From: Candidatus Hodarchaeota archaeon
GTDB taxonomy: Archaea > Asgardarchaeota > Heimdallarchaeia > Hodarchaeales > Hodarchaeaceae
Direction: 5' to 3'
Assembly: GCA_016839815.1 (NCBI GenBank)
Contig: JAEOTM010000143.1
Span: 26,461-90,460 of the forward strand
Length of the DNA: 64,000 nt
The notes under the pieces were generated by a model, which did not search any database, was not told the origin of the DNA, and saw only the letters and a list, made by a program, of their open reading frames with translations. The translations under genes and the position numbers were made by a program. Below, in pieces: positions 30,953 to 40,509 of the stretch. The number at the start of each line of letters is the position of its first letter. The first letter of the stretch is position 1.

Positions 30953-31267
30953 CTAACTATCTAAAATCAACTTCAAAACAGTTTCAATAGCTTCTTGTTT
31001 ATTATTTACTACTTTCTCTTTCAAAGCTGATTCTTTTGCTTGAAAATCAGTCATTAGTTCATTTTTTTTACCAGTAATTTTACCTTGAATAGCTGATTGC
31101 GAATCCTCTTCACTACTTTTTTTTATAACCACTGATTCTTGTAATAATCGCTTTGCAGATTCTTTAGCACGGGAAATAACCGCTTTTGATTCAACGGTTG
31201 CTTCCTGTACGATAACTTCAGCTTTCTTTTCCGCGTCCCGAATGAGATGTAAAAGGTCACCAGCCAT
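30953..31267 (-). CDS. A/V-type ATP synthase subunit H (G-like peripheral stalk)
   Basis: 104-aa coiled coil (IRDAEKKAE.I..EA...NKQEAIETVL), adjacent to atpF. Confidence 0.75.
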   Translation of the reverse strand: MAGDLLHLIRDAEKKAEVIVQEATVESKAVISRAKESAKRLLQESVVIKKSSEEDSQSAIQGKITGKKNELMTDFQAKESALKEKVVNNKQEAIETVLKLILDS

Positions 31268-31298
31268 TTAAAATGCCTCATAATTTCTATAGGAAGAA

Positions 31299-31372
31299 TG
31301 GGCCGGAGCAGATTTGAACTGCCGACTTCCACCTTGTAAGGGTGGCGTCATACCGGGCTAGACCACCGGCCC
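31299..31372 (-). tRNA. tRNA-Val(TAC)
   Basis: GGGCCGG acceptor stem, CCACC-CTTACAA-GGTGG anticodon arm, GTTCAAATC T-loop; 74 nt. Confidence 0.95.
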
Positions 31373-31470
31373 AAATGAAAAAACTCCTTATTTGTATGGT
31401 AATTCTAAATTTATTTAATATTTTTGAGAAGTCTTTTTAATTCAAAATACTCTTTTATTTTTGAGAGATT

Positions 31471-32523
31471 ATGGGAACACAAATAGGGCAATTATTCACA
31501 AGTAGCCGTCAAGTTATTTCTATAGATGCTTTATCTGGCAAAAAAATTGGATTTGATGCTTATAATACTATCTATGCCTTTCTAGCGAGGATTAGAGATA
31601 AATCTACTGGGGGAGGTTATTTTACTGATTCAGATGGAAATGTTACTAGTCATTTGATAGGATTATTTCCCAGGCTCATTCATTTTCTAATCTATGATGT
31701 GAAACCAATATTTATCTTTGATGGTAAACCTCCTGAATTCAAAAAATCAGAAATAATCACACGGAAAGAGAGGAAGAGGGATGCAAAGTTAAAGCGAGAG
31801 GTGGCAATTGCTGCTGGAGATATGGAAGAGGCATCAAAACATGCACAGGCTACATCCCGAATTACACCAGATATTTTAGATGACACAAAGCAATTACTTC
31901 GCTACCTGGGCATTCCAATCGTAAAAGCTCCTTCAGAAGCGGAAGCACAGGGTGCATTAATGACAGATAAGGGATTAATTAGCGCAATGGCATCTCAAGA
32001 CTATGATTCCTTTTTATTTGGGTGTCCAACAGTTATCCGCAACCTTGGAGTATCACAAAGGCGGAAAATTCCAAACCAACAGCGATTTGTTGAAGTAAAA
32101 ACAGAACAGATTCATCTAAATCAGCTACTTTCTGAAATGCAACTTAAAGATAGAACTCAGTTAATTCTGGTTGGATTACTTGTAGGTACTGACTACAATC
32201 CAAAGGGGATTAAAGGGATAGGCCCAAAAACTGCTTTAAAGCTAGTTCACAAGTACCCGAATTTTACTTCTTTATTTACATATCTCGAAGCACAGTATGA
32301 CATTGATGAGATTTTTCCTTATCCTATGCAAGAACTCCTCAATTACTTTCTAAAACCAGAAGTAGAGGAAAGTATCGAGATTTCCTTTGATAGTGCAAAG
32401 CCTAAGAAAGTAGAAGAATTTTTAGTTGAGGAACGTGGATTTAAACAGGAACGAATTCAAAAGCAAATCAAAGCTTTGAAGAGGATCACCAGTCAAAACA
32501 CGCTTGATAAATTTTTTAGTTAA
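31471..32523 (+). CDS. fen: flap endonuclease 1
   Basis: DAYN, FIFDG, APSEAEAQ, SQDYD, GTDYN..GIKGIGPKTA, C-terminal PIP box QNTLDKFF. Confidence 0.96.
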   Translation: MGTQIGQLFTSSRQVISIDALSGKKIGFDAYNTIYAFLARIRDKSTGGGYFTDSDGNVTSHLIGLFPRLIHFLIYDVKPIFIFDGKPPEFKKSEIITRKERKRDAKLKREVAIAAGDMEEASKHAQATSRITPDILDDTKQLLRYLGIPIVKAPSEAEAQGALMTDKGLISAMASQDYDSFLFGCPTVIRNLGVSQRRKIPNQQRFVEVKTEQIHLNQLLSEMQLKDRTQLILVGLLVGTDYNPKGIKGIGPKTALKLVHKYPNFTSLFTYLEAQYDIDEIFPYPMQELLNYFLKPEVEESIEISFDSAKPKKVEEFLVEERGFKQERIQKQIKALKRITSQNTLDKFFS

Positions 32524-33188
32524 ATACCAAATTTTCCCCTAAGAGGTACAAAAGCAACAGATGATAGCGCTTCTTGAGAGTATTCTGTCTCAGATGTCTT
32601 TCTAAATTTGGTCATAACTTGCCACATCCTTGGTGTTCCAACAGGCATAACTAAAATCCCTCCTATTCGTAGTTGGTTGAAAAGCGGAGGCGGTAATTCG
32701 GGTCCAGCTGCAGTGAGAATTATTCGATCATATGGAGAGGCTTCCTCAAAACCAAGTGTTCCGTCGCCTGAAATAACGGTCACTCGTTTTTCAAATCCCG
32801 TTTCTTCCATGTTCTTTCGTGCAAATTCTACTAATTCTGGGACAATTTCGAGGGAATAAACATGACCAGTCAATTCAGATGATGTAATAGCTGCTGCTAT
32901 TAAAGCAGCTTGATATCCTGAACCAGCACCAACTTCTAAAACTTTCAGTCCTGGTTCGAGCTCTAAATATTCCAGGATCATTATAGTCATATGTGGAGCT
33001 GAAATTGTTTGCCCTGTTTTCATGAGTGGTAAGGGATGGTCTGAATATGCTGAAGATCGATAATTTGCCGGAAGAAAACTTTCTCTTGGTACTTCCCTAA
33101 AAGCTTCGAATGCTAATTCATCTTTTACAAGTCCCCTTACCCGGTAATTTTGAATCAATCTATCTTTTTCCGCTTGGAGAGTAGACAT
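32520..33188 (-). CDS. pcm: protein-L-isoaspartate O-methyltransferase
   Basis: VPRE.F, AY.D.PL, QTISAPHM, LEVGAGSGY, PYDRI, FVPL. Confidence 0.95.
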   Translation of the reverse strand: MSTLQAEKDRLIQNYRVRGLVKDELAFEAFREVPRESFLPANYRSSAYSDHPLPLMKTGQTISAPHMTIMILEYLELEPGLKVLEVGAGSGYQAALIAAAITSSELTGHVYSLEIVPELVEFARKNMEETGFEKRVTVISGDGTLGFEEASPYDRIILTAAGPELPPPLFNQLRIGGILVMPVGTPRMWQVMTKFRKTSETEYSQEALSSVAFVPLRGKFGI

Positions 33189-33218
33189 CGATTCTTTACT
33201 CCTTTAGGTCTTGAGAAA

Positions 33219-34286
33219 TCAACCATTCTTAAGTATGTTTAAGTCAACATTCATCTGAACTTTGGATGGAGAAACCTCTCTTCCAACACGACATGTAAGT
33301 ATTTCATAATCACATTTTTTCCCCAATTGCTTCGATATTAATGCACTAATAAATTCATCTGGTTTATCCATTTTTCTGATAAATTGATAAAAAGTAATGA
33401 TTCCTCCATTCTTAACAAGATTCATCGAATATTCTAAATATTCAATCGAACTGTCAGGTAAATTCATAATAATCCTATCAAAGTAATTTTTGATTCCAAA
33501 AATACTTCCAGCGTCACCAATAATTGGAATAATTGTACCATTGAGTTTATTTCGGTTTATACTGGTAGTAAGATTCTGAATCGCATAGGGATTGATGTCT
33601 ACTGCGATACTTGTACAATTCGTAGCTTTAGCACAATGTAAAGAAAAAGGCCCCACTCCAGCAAATAGATCTAATATTCGATCTCCCGATTTTACTTCCT
33701 TAGATAGACGCCGGTGTTCTTCAGCAAGACGGGGATTGAAATAAGCTCTTTGTAAATCTACTTTTATTAATACTCCGTATTCTTTATGCCAACTTTCAAA
33801 TTTTTTTTCCCCAGCCAAATGTTCTATCGGAAAAATTCTATTTATTCCTTCTGTAATATCAGATTTATTCAGTACAGATGTAATCTTAGGATAAGAGTTT
33901 AATATTTCATTTCCTACTTGGATTCGGAACTCTCTAGTAGTTTTTTGGGGATCCAATCGTAATAATCCAATCTCCCCTATTTGATCAAATTTAATGGAGA
34001 TTTCATTCCATGGTTCGTTAGGAAAAGAAGATCTCAATTTATCTATTACTTTAGGTTTGAGATTCTCTTCTGGAAAGTCAAAATAATCCAATTGGTATTC
34101 ATAATCCTTTAGGATTTTTGTTATATTTGATGAATCAGTAATTGGAAAATAAACATAATTGTGATTCCTGATTATCTTCTTTGTCTTTGACAGTAAACCC
34201 GCTTTTATTAACTGGAGACGAGAATTTTCTGCTTGAATACGAGGAAGTTTTACTCCCAAAGAAGGATTTTCATTTATGAGCTTCAT
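33219..34286 (-). CDS. trm5: tRNA (guanine37-N1)-methyltransferase Trm5/Met10+ family
   Basis: HKEYG, YFNPRL..E, DLFAGVGPF, DINP, IMNLP. Confidence 0.85.
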   Translation of the reverse strand: MKLINENPSLGVKLPRIQAENSRLQLIKAGLLSKTKKIIRNHNYVYFPITDSSNITKILKDYEYQLDYFDFPEENLKPKVIDKLRSSFPNEPWNEISIKFDQIGEIGLLRLDPQKTTREFRIQVGNEILNSYPKITSVLNKSDITEGINRIFPIEHLAGEKKFESWHKEYGVLIKVDLQRAYFNPRLAEEHRRLSKEVKSGDRILDLFAGVGPFSLHCAKATNCTSIAVDINPYAIQNLTTSINRNKLNGTIIPIIGDAGSIFGIKNYFDRIIMNLPDSSIEYLEYSMNLVKNGGIITFYQFIRKMDKPDEFISALISKQLGKKCDYEILTCRVGREVSPSKVQMNVDLNILKNG

Positions 34287-34397
34287 CTCCTAAATTGCAT
34301 GATTTTCGATTTACTGCATTTTTATAAGGCAATGTTGAGCAAAATCCTCTACTAAATCTTAGATTAAGATAGAAGTGCATCAATAAATTTTTTTTAA

Positions 34398-34532
34398 CGG
34401 GCGCAGAGGGACTTGAACCCCCGACCAATGGGTCTCTCTAAAAGAATTCATTGATATTTTTAATTAGAAGTAAAATATTTACTAAATCCTTTTTTAAGAG
34501 CCCACCGCTCTACCTTGCTGAGCTATGCGCCC
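34398..34532 (-). tRNA. tRNA-Lys(CTT) with a 61-nt intron at position 37/38 (intron 34434-34494)
   Basis: Exon 1 34495-34532 and exon 2 34398-34433 splice to GTGGG-CTCTTAA-CCCAT. Canonical bulge-helix-bulge: TA/A bulge, CTCT:AGAG helix, AG/A bulge. Confidence 0.92.
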
Positions 34533-34696
34533 TTTTACTTTCGTTTTATTCGTTTTAATAGAAAATATAAAAATTCTAGGTATATTCCTGAAAATTACTC
34601 ACACTCTTACGATAAATTAACCCTAGAGGGTGGTTATTATTCAAATCCCTTTAGGTAGTCACATTTACTCAGAATCAAGTAAGTATATTAGATATC

Positions 34697-34715
34697 GTGT
34701 AAATAGGTGTAAATA
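34697..34715 (+). promoter_or_regulatory. tandem direct repeat GTGTAAATA x2 upstream of ribK
   Basis: Copies at 34697-34705 and 34707-34715 (10-bp period), about 20 bp before the start codon. Confidence 0.35.
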
Positions 34716-34735
34716 CCGATAGGAGAGTATTAAGC

Positions 34736-35449
34736 TTGAGTACTGTTCCAAAACGTTCTAAAAACAATATATTTACCTATCTAGACATACTTATTGCACT
34801 CGGTAAAATGGGTGGAGGTAGACGACTTGTAACGTGTACAACTTCCGAATTAGGGAGCTCTATCGGAATATCTCAACAATCAACGTCACGAAAACTAGTA
34901 GAAATGGAGAATATGAACTTAATTGTTAGAAAGTATTCTCAAAGGGGAAATTCTATCAAGATTACTCCAGAGGGGATTGCTAGTCTTGAACAAGTATTTA
35001 CAGAATTGTGGATGATTCTTACGACGAGTGGACGGGAAATATCAGAAAAAATAGTCTTACGAGGCAAAGTAATTACTGGTATGGCTGAAGGAGCATATTA
35101 TATGGGTCAAAAAGCTTATCAAGATCAATTCTCTATGATCCTTGACTTCACTCCTTTCCCAGGAACTTTAAATTTGCAGATATTAGATGAAGATACTATT
35201 CAGAATTTTGAGCGATTATTACGACTTCCTGGAAAATTTATTTCTGGTTTTAAAGATGGAGATCGTGTGTTTGGTAAAGTGTTCATATGGCCTACATTTA
35301 TTTTATTAAATGGAAAAAAAATCCCTGCAGCGATAGTACGTCCTGAAAGAACCCATCACACAAATCAAATTGAATTAATATCCCCAGATCATATCAAGGA
35401 GAAGTATGGAGTCAAAGATGGGGATGAATTAGAAATTATTCTTGAATAG
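34736..35449 (+). CDS. ribK: CTP-dependent riboflavin kinase with N-terminal wHTH (RbkR-type)
   Basis: HTH SELG..IGISQQSTSRKL; kinase GMAEGAYY, PFPGTLN, PERTHH, ELISP. Confidence 0.92.
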   Translation: MSTVPKRSKNNIFTYLDILIALGKMGGGRRLVTCTTSELGSSIGISQQSTSRKLVEMENMNLIVRKYSQRGNSIKITPEGIASLEQVFTELWMILTTSGREISEKIVLRGKVITGMAEGAYYMGQKAYQDQFSMILDFTPFPGTLNLQILDEDTIQNFERLLRLPGKFISGFKDGDRVFGKVFIWPTFILLNGKKIPAAIVRPERTHHTNQIELISPDHIKEKYGVKDGDELEIILE

Positions 35450-35470
35450 ATATTCTATTAACACTGGCAT

Positions 35471-36172
35471 CTATTCAAATGAGTGTTGATCTAAATTTTG
35501 AAACTTCAGTGAAGATTTTTCATTTGGGACCTGTTCGTCTAATTTAACTATCTCAATATTTTCTAGCCCTGAATTCTCCAGCTGTTCAAGGAGCATCTTT
35601 TCGGTAGAAGCCTGATCGTAACCCAAAGCAATAGTATCGGGTTCATATTCGATTACAGTCTCTAGGAATTTGGATTGGTCAGGGCTTCCTTTAGCGGTAA
35701 TATCTACGACTAATAATTCTTCTAAGAGTTTCATTCGATTGACTTGACTATTCAATGGTAATCTTCCTTTGGTTGATTCTACCATCTCATCAGAAGCCAC
35801 TACAACTATAAGAATATCTCCTCCCTTTTTAGCCGCTTTCAAAGTTTTAATATGCCCTAAATGTATGATATCAAAAACTCCTCCAGTTAAAACGACTTTT
35901 AAATTATTTTTTCCTCCTTGAGTCAACTTGAAATGATTAGTGGGTTTAGCTAGTCTTTTAATTAGATTCATACTTGTTAAAACTGAAAGTAGTGCTTTTC
36001 CTTCCTCTAAAGTGCGGTCAAGCTTAATTGAAAAATCTTCAACCGTAAATGAGCCTTTTTCAACAGTTAATAAGTATGCTACCTTCAAAAACTCTTTTAA
36101 CAAAGATTGAAATAAGCTTCCTCTTTCTACACCAGCATTCACTAAATTGACACCTTCAATTTCAATTTTCAA
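35471..36172 (-). CDS. ribL: FAD synthase (RibL-type cytidylyltransferase) with an N-terminal wHTH-like extension
   Basis: GGVFDIIHLGH (HxGH), VVVASD, PD.IALGYDQ. About 90 extra N-terminal residues. Confidence 0.78.
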   Translation of the reverse strand: MKIEIEGVNLVNAGVERGSLFQSLLKEFLKVAYLLTVEKGSFTVEDFSIKLDRTLEEGKALLSVLTSMNLIKRLAKPTNHFKLTQGGKNNLKVVLTGGVFDIIHLGHIKTLKAAKKGGDILIVVVASDEMVESTKGRLPLNSQVNRMKLLEELLVVDITAKGSPDQSKFLETVIEYEPDTIALGYDQASTEKMLLEQLENSGLENIEIVKLDEQVPNEKSSLKFQNLDQHSFE

Positions 36173-36190
36173 AACTATTACATAAATCTA

Positions 36191-37009
36191 CTAGTCATTT
36201 CTAGTGTTTTTAATTGGATTTTTTACTCCCCATAAAACTGCAAGAGCTTCAACCTCTGCGAAATGCAATTTATCCGCACAGATTATTAGTGCTTGAGGGG
36301 GCCCAATGTTTAACCATGAGGTTGAATTCGCTACATCCTCCAATGAGCCTGCTTTAGTAAATTCATCCTGATACCCTAATTTTGCTAGACCAATTCCTAT
36401 ATTAAAATCATTGATGACATTTTCTTGAATTTCTGTTTCTAGATCAAATAATATTGAGATGGCCTCATCAATGGACAGAAATTTGTTTTCAAGAATATCT
36501 ATATCAAGGAGAACTAGTGTATGAGCATCAATAGTTTTGTTCTGTTGAATGATTCTGTAAGGAAATTCACTTTTATTAGTACGGAAGGGACAGGTTACTG
36601 TTCGACCAAAACTATAAGAAGAAAGACCAGAAACAGAAGCAGCGGCAGAAATAACCGATGAATTATGAATAAGCTTGCAATTATAGTCCCTTTTCATAGC
36701 AGCTATACGTATGGAATTATGAGTTGTTGCGACAAAGGGATCACCAGAAATGAGAATAGCAGCGGATTTTCCTTTAATCTTCTCAAGAAAAGTATCTTCT
36801 TCATCTTCTATGTCTTTTCTAGTTATGGGGATGATCTTTGCGGGAATCTGTTTCCAAACTTCAGGTTTTTCTTGAGAAAAGAAATTTGTATATGATTCCA
36901 CAAAGATAAAGTCTACGTTTTTCAAAACTTCGAGAGCTTGTAGTGTACAGCTATTAAATCCATTAAGACCCATTCCAATAAAGTATAAATTGGTATTGGA
37001 GACTTTCAA
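36191..37009 (-). CDS. dph5: diphthine synthase
   Basis: LYFIGMGL, ESYT, GDPFVATTH, GLSSY.FGRTVT, HTLVLLDI, PPQALII. Confidence 0.92.
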   Translation of the reverse strand: MKVSNTNLYFIGMGLNGFNSCTLQALEVLKNVDFIFVESYTNFFSQEKPEVWKQIPAKIIPITRKDIEDEEDTFLEKIKGKSAAILISGDPFVATTHNSIRIAAMKRDYNCKLIHNSSVISAAASVSGLSSYSFGRTVTCPFRTNKSEFPYRIIQQNKTIDAHTLVLLDIDILENKFLSIDEAISILFDLETEIQENVINDFNIGIGLAKLGYQDEFTKAGSLEDVANSTSWLNIGPPQALIICADKLHFAEVEALAVLWGVKNPIKNTRND

Positions 37010-37051
37010 GAGAGATCATCTAATACGAAGAACTTTTTTTGTATGATACTC

Positions 37052-37444
37052 CTATTCTTCGGAGCAATGACTACTATAATCTTCTGGAGACATTAGTTTA
37101 TTCCAATCAGATTCAAGATCGGAAGGTTTCATTTTAACCAGCCAAGCCGAGTATGGATCTTGGTTAACTTTTTCAGGAGCACCTACAACTTCTTCATTTA
37201 CTTCAATTACTTCTCCACTAATTGGAGCGACAAGATCTGACACAGCTTTTACACTTTCAATCGAACCAATAACCTCTTTGAAGCTAAATGTTTCTCCCAC
37301 TTCAGGGAGTTCAATATAGACTACATCCTTGAGAGTTTTTTGAGCAAAATCAGTTACTCCAACTAAAACGAATTCCCCGTCACGTTTCGCCCAATCATGT
37401 TCTGGTAAATATCTAAATTCAGGTAAAACTTTGTAAGACATCAA
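37052..37444 (-). CDS. gcvH: glycine cleavage system H protein
   Basis: HDW, GVTDFAQ, ESVKAVSD (lipoyl-Lys), N.DPY..W. Confidence 0.95.
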   Translation of the reverse strand: MMSYKVLPEFRYLPEHDWAKRDGEFVLVGVTDFAQKTLKDVVYIELPEVGETFSFKEVIGSIESVKAVSDLVAPISGEVIEVNEEVVGAPEKVNQDPYSAWLVKMKPSDLESDWNKLMSPEDYSSHCSEE

Positions 37445-37559
37445 AATACGTCCTATATTTAATTTTATTAGGAAAATGATCTACGACCAGAAAAATAACG
37501 AGAATATTTATCTGTTATTAGAAAATAACAATGATATTCTTGTCAGTTTAGGTTCCAGA

Positions 37560-38042
37560 TTAAATATTTTCCTCCCATATTTTGTCTCCTAGATAGTGAA
37601 GATTCTTTATACTTTTCCCTTTTGAATTTAACAGATCTTTAGAAGAAAGTAAGCTTTTACCAACACATAATGCTGAATCCTGTGGATTAGTTATTATAAC
37701 GATAGAGTTTTCATCAAATTCATTGTCAATTTTTACAATTCCTTGTGAAAAAATATCTGCACCATTAATTACGAATCTCACAGCACCATTGTCAACTTGA
37801 ATTTTAGGAAATTCCAATTCAGGGTGTTTACGAATGAATTTCAAGGAAGGTAAATAGATATTTTCAAATGAGAAAAAAACAATATGCTGGTTTTGGTCTA
37901 GTAGATAACTTCTATTATTCTTTTCATCTGTTAATACAAACTGGACGTGATTCTTCAACTTATTTTGAGGAAATCCTGGAACTGAAATTGCAGAGAGTAT
38001 TTTTTTTTTCTGTTTCGACCCTAATTCTTTTCTAAATGACAT
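37560..38042 (-). CDS. PUA-domain RNA-binding protein (MCT-1/Tma20-like)
   Basis: LPSLK, VDNGAVRFVINGADIF..GI, LHYLGDKIW. Confidence 0.88.
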   Translation of the reverse strand: MSFRKELGSKQKKKILSAISVPGFPQNKLKNHVQFVLTDEKNNRSYLLDQNQHIVFFSFENIYLPSLKFIRKHPELEFPKIQVDNGAVRFVINGADIFSQGIVKIDNEFDENSIVIITNPQDSALCVGKSLLSSKDLLNSKGKSIKNLHYLGDKIWEENI

Positions 38043-38064
38043 TTTTACATCCTAATATCTTTGA

Positions 38065-39993
38065 TTACTTAAACCGTAGGGTTTCCAGATTATAAGGAAC
38101 TTTTACTTTAACATGATACCTTTTTGATAGCGATTGAGCAAGGGACTGGGATTTATTTCGTAGACCATGCATTAGAATTACCTGTTCAGGTTTTGGATTT
38201 AATTCACGAAAGAAATTCATAATTTCTCCCCTATCAGAATGCCCACTAAATCCATCAATTTGATGAATATCCATATTCACTCTCATCATTTTCATTCTCC
38301 CATCCTCAATACTACGGATTTCTTTTACTCCAGAAGAAATTCTTCTACCTAAAGTTCCTTCGGCTTGATAGCTAACAAATACAATAGAATTTCGTGAATC
38401 TTCAGCCATTTTTTTGAAGTAATCAACAGAATTTCCTCCAGTAAGCATTCCAGATGTTGCTAAAATTACGGCAGGTTCTCCATGAAGAAGCCCTGTTCTT
38501 TCCTTTTGTTTCACTTGATGGAAAATTTCGGATAGAAAGGGATTTTGCCCTTCATTAAATATCTGATCTTGTAAGTACGATGATAGATATTCAGGATGAC
38601 AAGAATGAATCGCTGCTGCTTCAGCAATAAGCCCATCTAAATATATTGGAACTTTAACGAGTTGTCTCCGTTTATAGTAGTGCGCCAATACAATCATTAA
38701 TTCTTGTGCTCTACCAACGGCTAGTGTTGGAATAAGAACTTTACCACCGCGCTTTACAGTCTGATTAATAATTTTTATTAATTGAATTTCAGCATCTTCT
38801 CTTCTTGGCATAACATCACGAGGACCTCCATATGTAGACTCCATGATTATAGTTTCTAATCTTGGAAATCGCGTGTTTGCACGATCTAGTAATCGTGACC
38901 GTTTCCCTTTGAAATCATTTGCTACTGCGAGATTATATTTTCCATCACCAATGTGAAGATGTAGGATTGAAGAACCCAGAATGTGTCCTGCAGGAGTCAT
39001 AGTTAGTCTTACATCATCACTAAGGTCTGTTACTTCCCCGTACCTTCTAGTAATTGTATGTAGGATCATATCCCGAATATTTTTCTGACTGTAAGGAACA
39101 AGTTTATTTTCTCTTTCAGATACTTCAATGTAATCCTTTTGTAACAAAGTCATTAATGAGAGTGTTGCATCATTCACATACACTGGACCCCGATACCCCC
39201 ATTTATACAGGTACGGAACTAAACCACTATGATCAAGATGGGCATGGGTAATAAGAACTGCATCTAATTGTGCGATGTCGAATTCTGGAGCACTAAAATA
39301 TGGAAACATATCCCCAGGATCACGTGCGCCTACATTTAAACCAGAATCAATTAAAATTTTCGTTTCAGCTGTTTCCAAGAGCATGCAGGATCTTCCTACC
39401 TCGGAAAAACCACCTAAACCGGTTAAACGAACATAATTGTCTTGTATTACCCGAGGACGATGAATTCGCTTACCAATATTAAGTAATGCGTTCTTTCGTT
39501 TATCTGATTCCTTGGTAAGAGTGTAACGAATTGTATTTATCAGTTGTGACTGAATAGGGGGTGATCTAACCACTTTAGGTCTCCAAGATATCTCTCTAGC
39601 GATTTCACGAAGAGTAGTTCCACTTCTACCAATAACAGCACCTGGTTTCTTCGCTTCAATAATAACTTCTCCTAATTCATCATCGAAGATAATATTAGTA
39701 ATTTCAGCGTTTTCTGGAACAATTTCACGTATTCTAGCTTTAGCCTCTTCTTTTTCTCTCCTTACTGAGACATCAGAGCGAATAACTATACGCTTTCGGA
39801 GAGTTTTTGCGAGACTTTTTACAACATCTCCATTTTCCATTAATACAGTTGGATTCAATGAATAGAGAACAACAAAAGGACCTTCAAATTCAACGTTAGA
39901 AATCTGAGCATTTGGGGGTAAAGCATTTATTAAATCCGCTTTAAGATGATCGATTGCTGATTCACGACTATATTTCGTATGTTTATTGGCCAT
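38065..39993 (-). CDS. aCPSF1/FttA beta-CASP ribonuclease (KH-KH-MBL-betaCASP)
   Basis: EFEGP, KH domains, GGFSEVGRS, THAHLDH, AGHILGS, MESTYG, GFSGHSD. Confidence 0.96.
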   Translation of the reverse strand: MANKHTKYSRESAIDHLKADLINALPPNAQISNVEFEGPFVVLYSLNPTVLMENGDVVKSLAKTLRKRIVIRSDVSVRREKEEAKARIREIVPENAEITNIIFDDELGEVIIEAKKPGAVIGRSGTTLREIAREISWRPKVVRSPPIQSQLINTIRYTLTKESDKRKNALLNIGKRIHRPRVIQDNYVRLTGLGGFSEVGRSCMLLETAETKILIDSGLNVGARDPGDMFPYFSAPEFDIAQLDAVLITHAHLDHSGLVPYLYKWGYRGPVYVNDATLSLMTLLQKDYIEVSERENKLVPYSQKNIRDMILHTITRRYGEVTDLSDDVRLTMTPAGHILGSSILHLHIGDGKYNLAVANDFKGKRSRLLDRANTRFPRLETIIMESTYGGPRDVMPRREDAEIQLIKIINQTVKRGGKVLIPTLAVGRAQELMIVLAHYYKRRQLVKVPIYLDGLIAEAAAIHSCHPEYLSSYLQDQIFNEGQNPFLSEIFHQVKQKERTGLLHGEPAVILATSGMLTGGNSVDYFKKMAEDSRNSIVFVSYQAEGTLGRRISSGVKEIRSIEDGRMKMMRVNMDIHQIDGFSGHSDRGEIMNFFRELNPKPEQVILMHGLRNKSQSLAQSLSKRYHVKVKVPYNLETLRFK

Positions 39994-40509
39994 TCAAGTT
40001 TCTATCCTTTAGATTTAATTTTTCTGTATTTTTTGTTTTAGTTATGCCCAATGCGATCTGAAATCACTAAATAATCTGTTATTGAAAGGTATTCATCTCT
40101 CTATGAGTGAATCAACTTGATATCAATGAATTGGGATTCTAGAGAACAATTTAATACCTGGAGAGGGGTTAAATTATACTGATTATTGTTTTTTACTAGT
40201 TATATTCTGAATGATTGGGAATGCCTTAATATAATAAGGAATGGGGGGATTTCCTTTATTCTTTTTTCGCTCCATATTGTAATTGAAGAGTATAATCCTA
40301 CCTAGTTATAATTTAATACCTTATAGGCAAGATACAAATTTAGGAAATATTAGAATGGATACAAGAAACCATTACAAGATTTAACATAATTCCCCGAAGA
40401 GAAATTTGATTCTTTGCTTTAAATTCCTCTGTTCTCTCCCCCGCACACAGAAGTTTTTAAGGATTGCGTCATTAATCTTATAAAGCCGAGATTAAGAGTT
40501 AGATTCATA

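Noticed and set aside
30533-34532. tRNA genes as integration sites for a mobile element
   Set aside because: No integrase, no duplicated tRNA 3' end, and the flanking genes are housekeeping.
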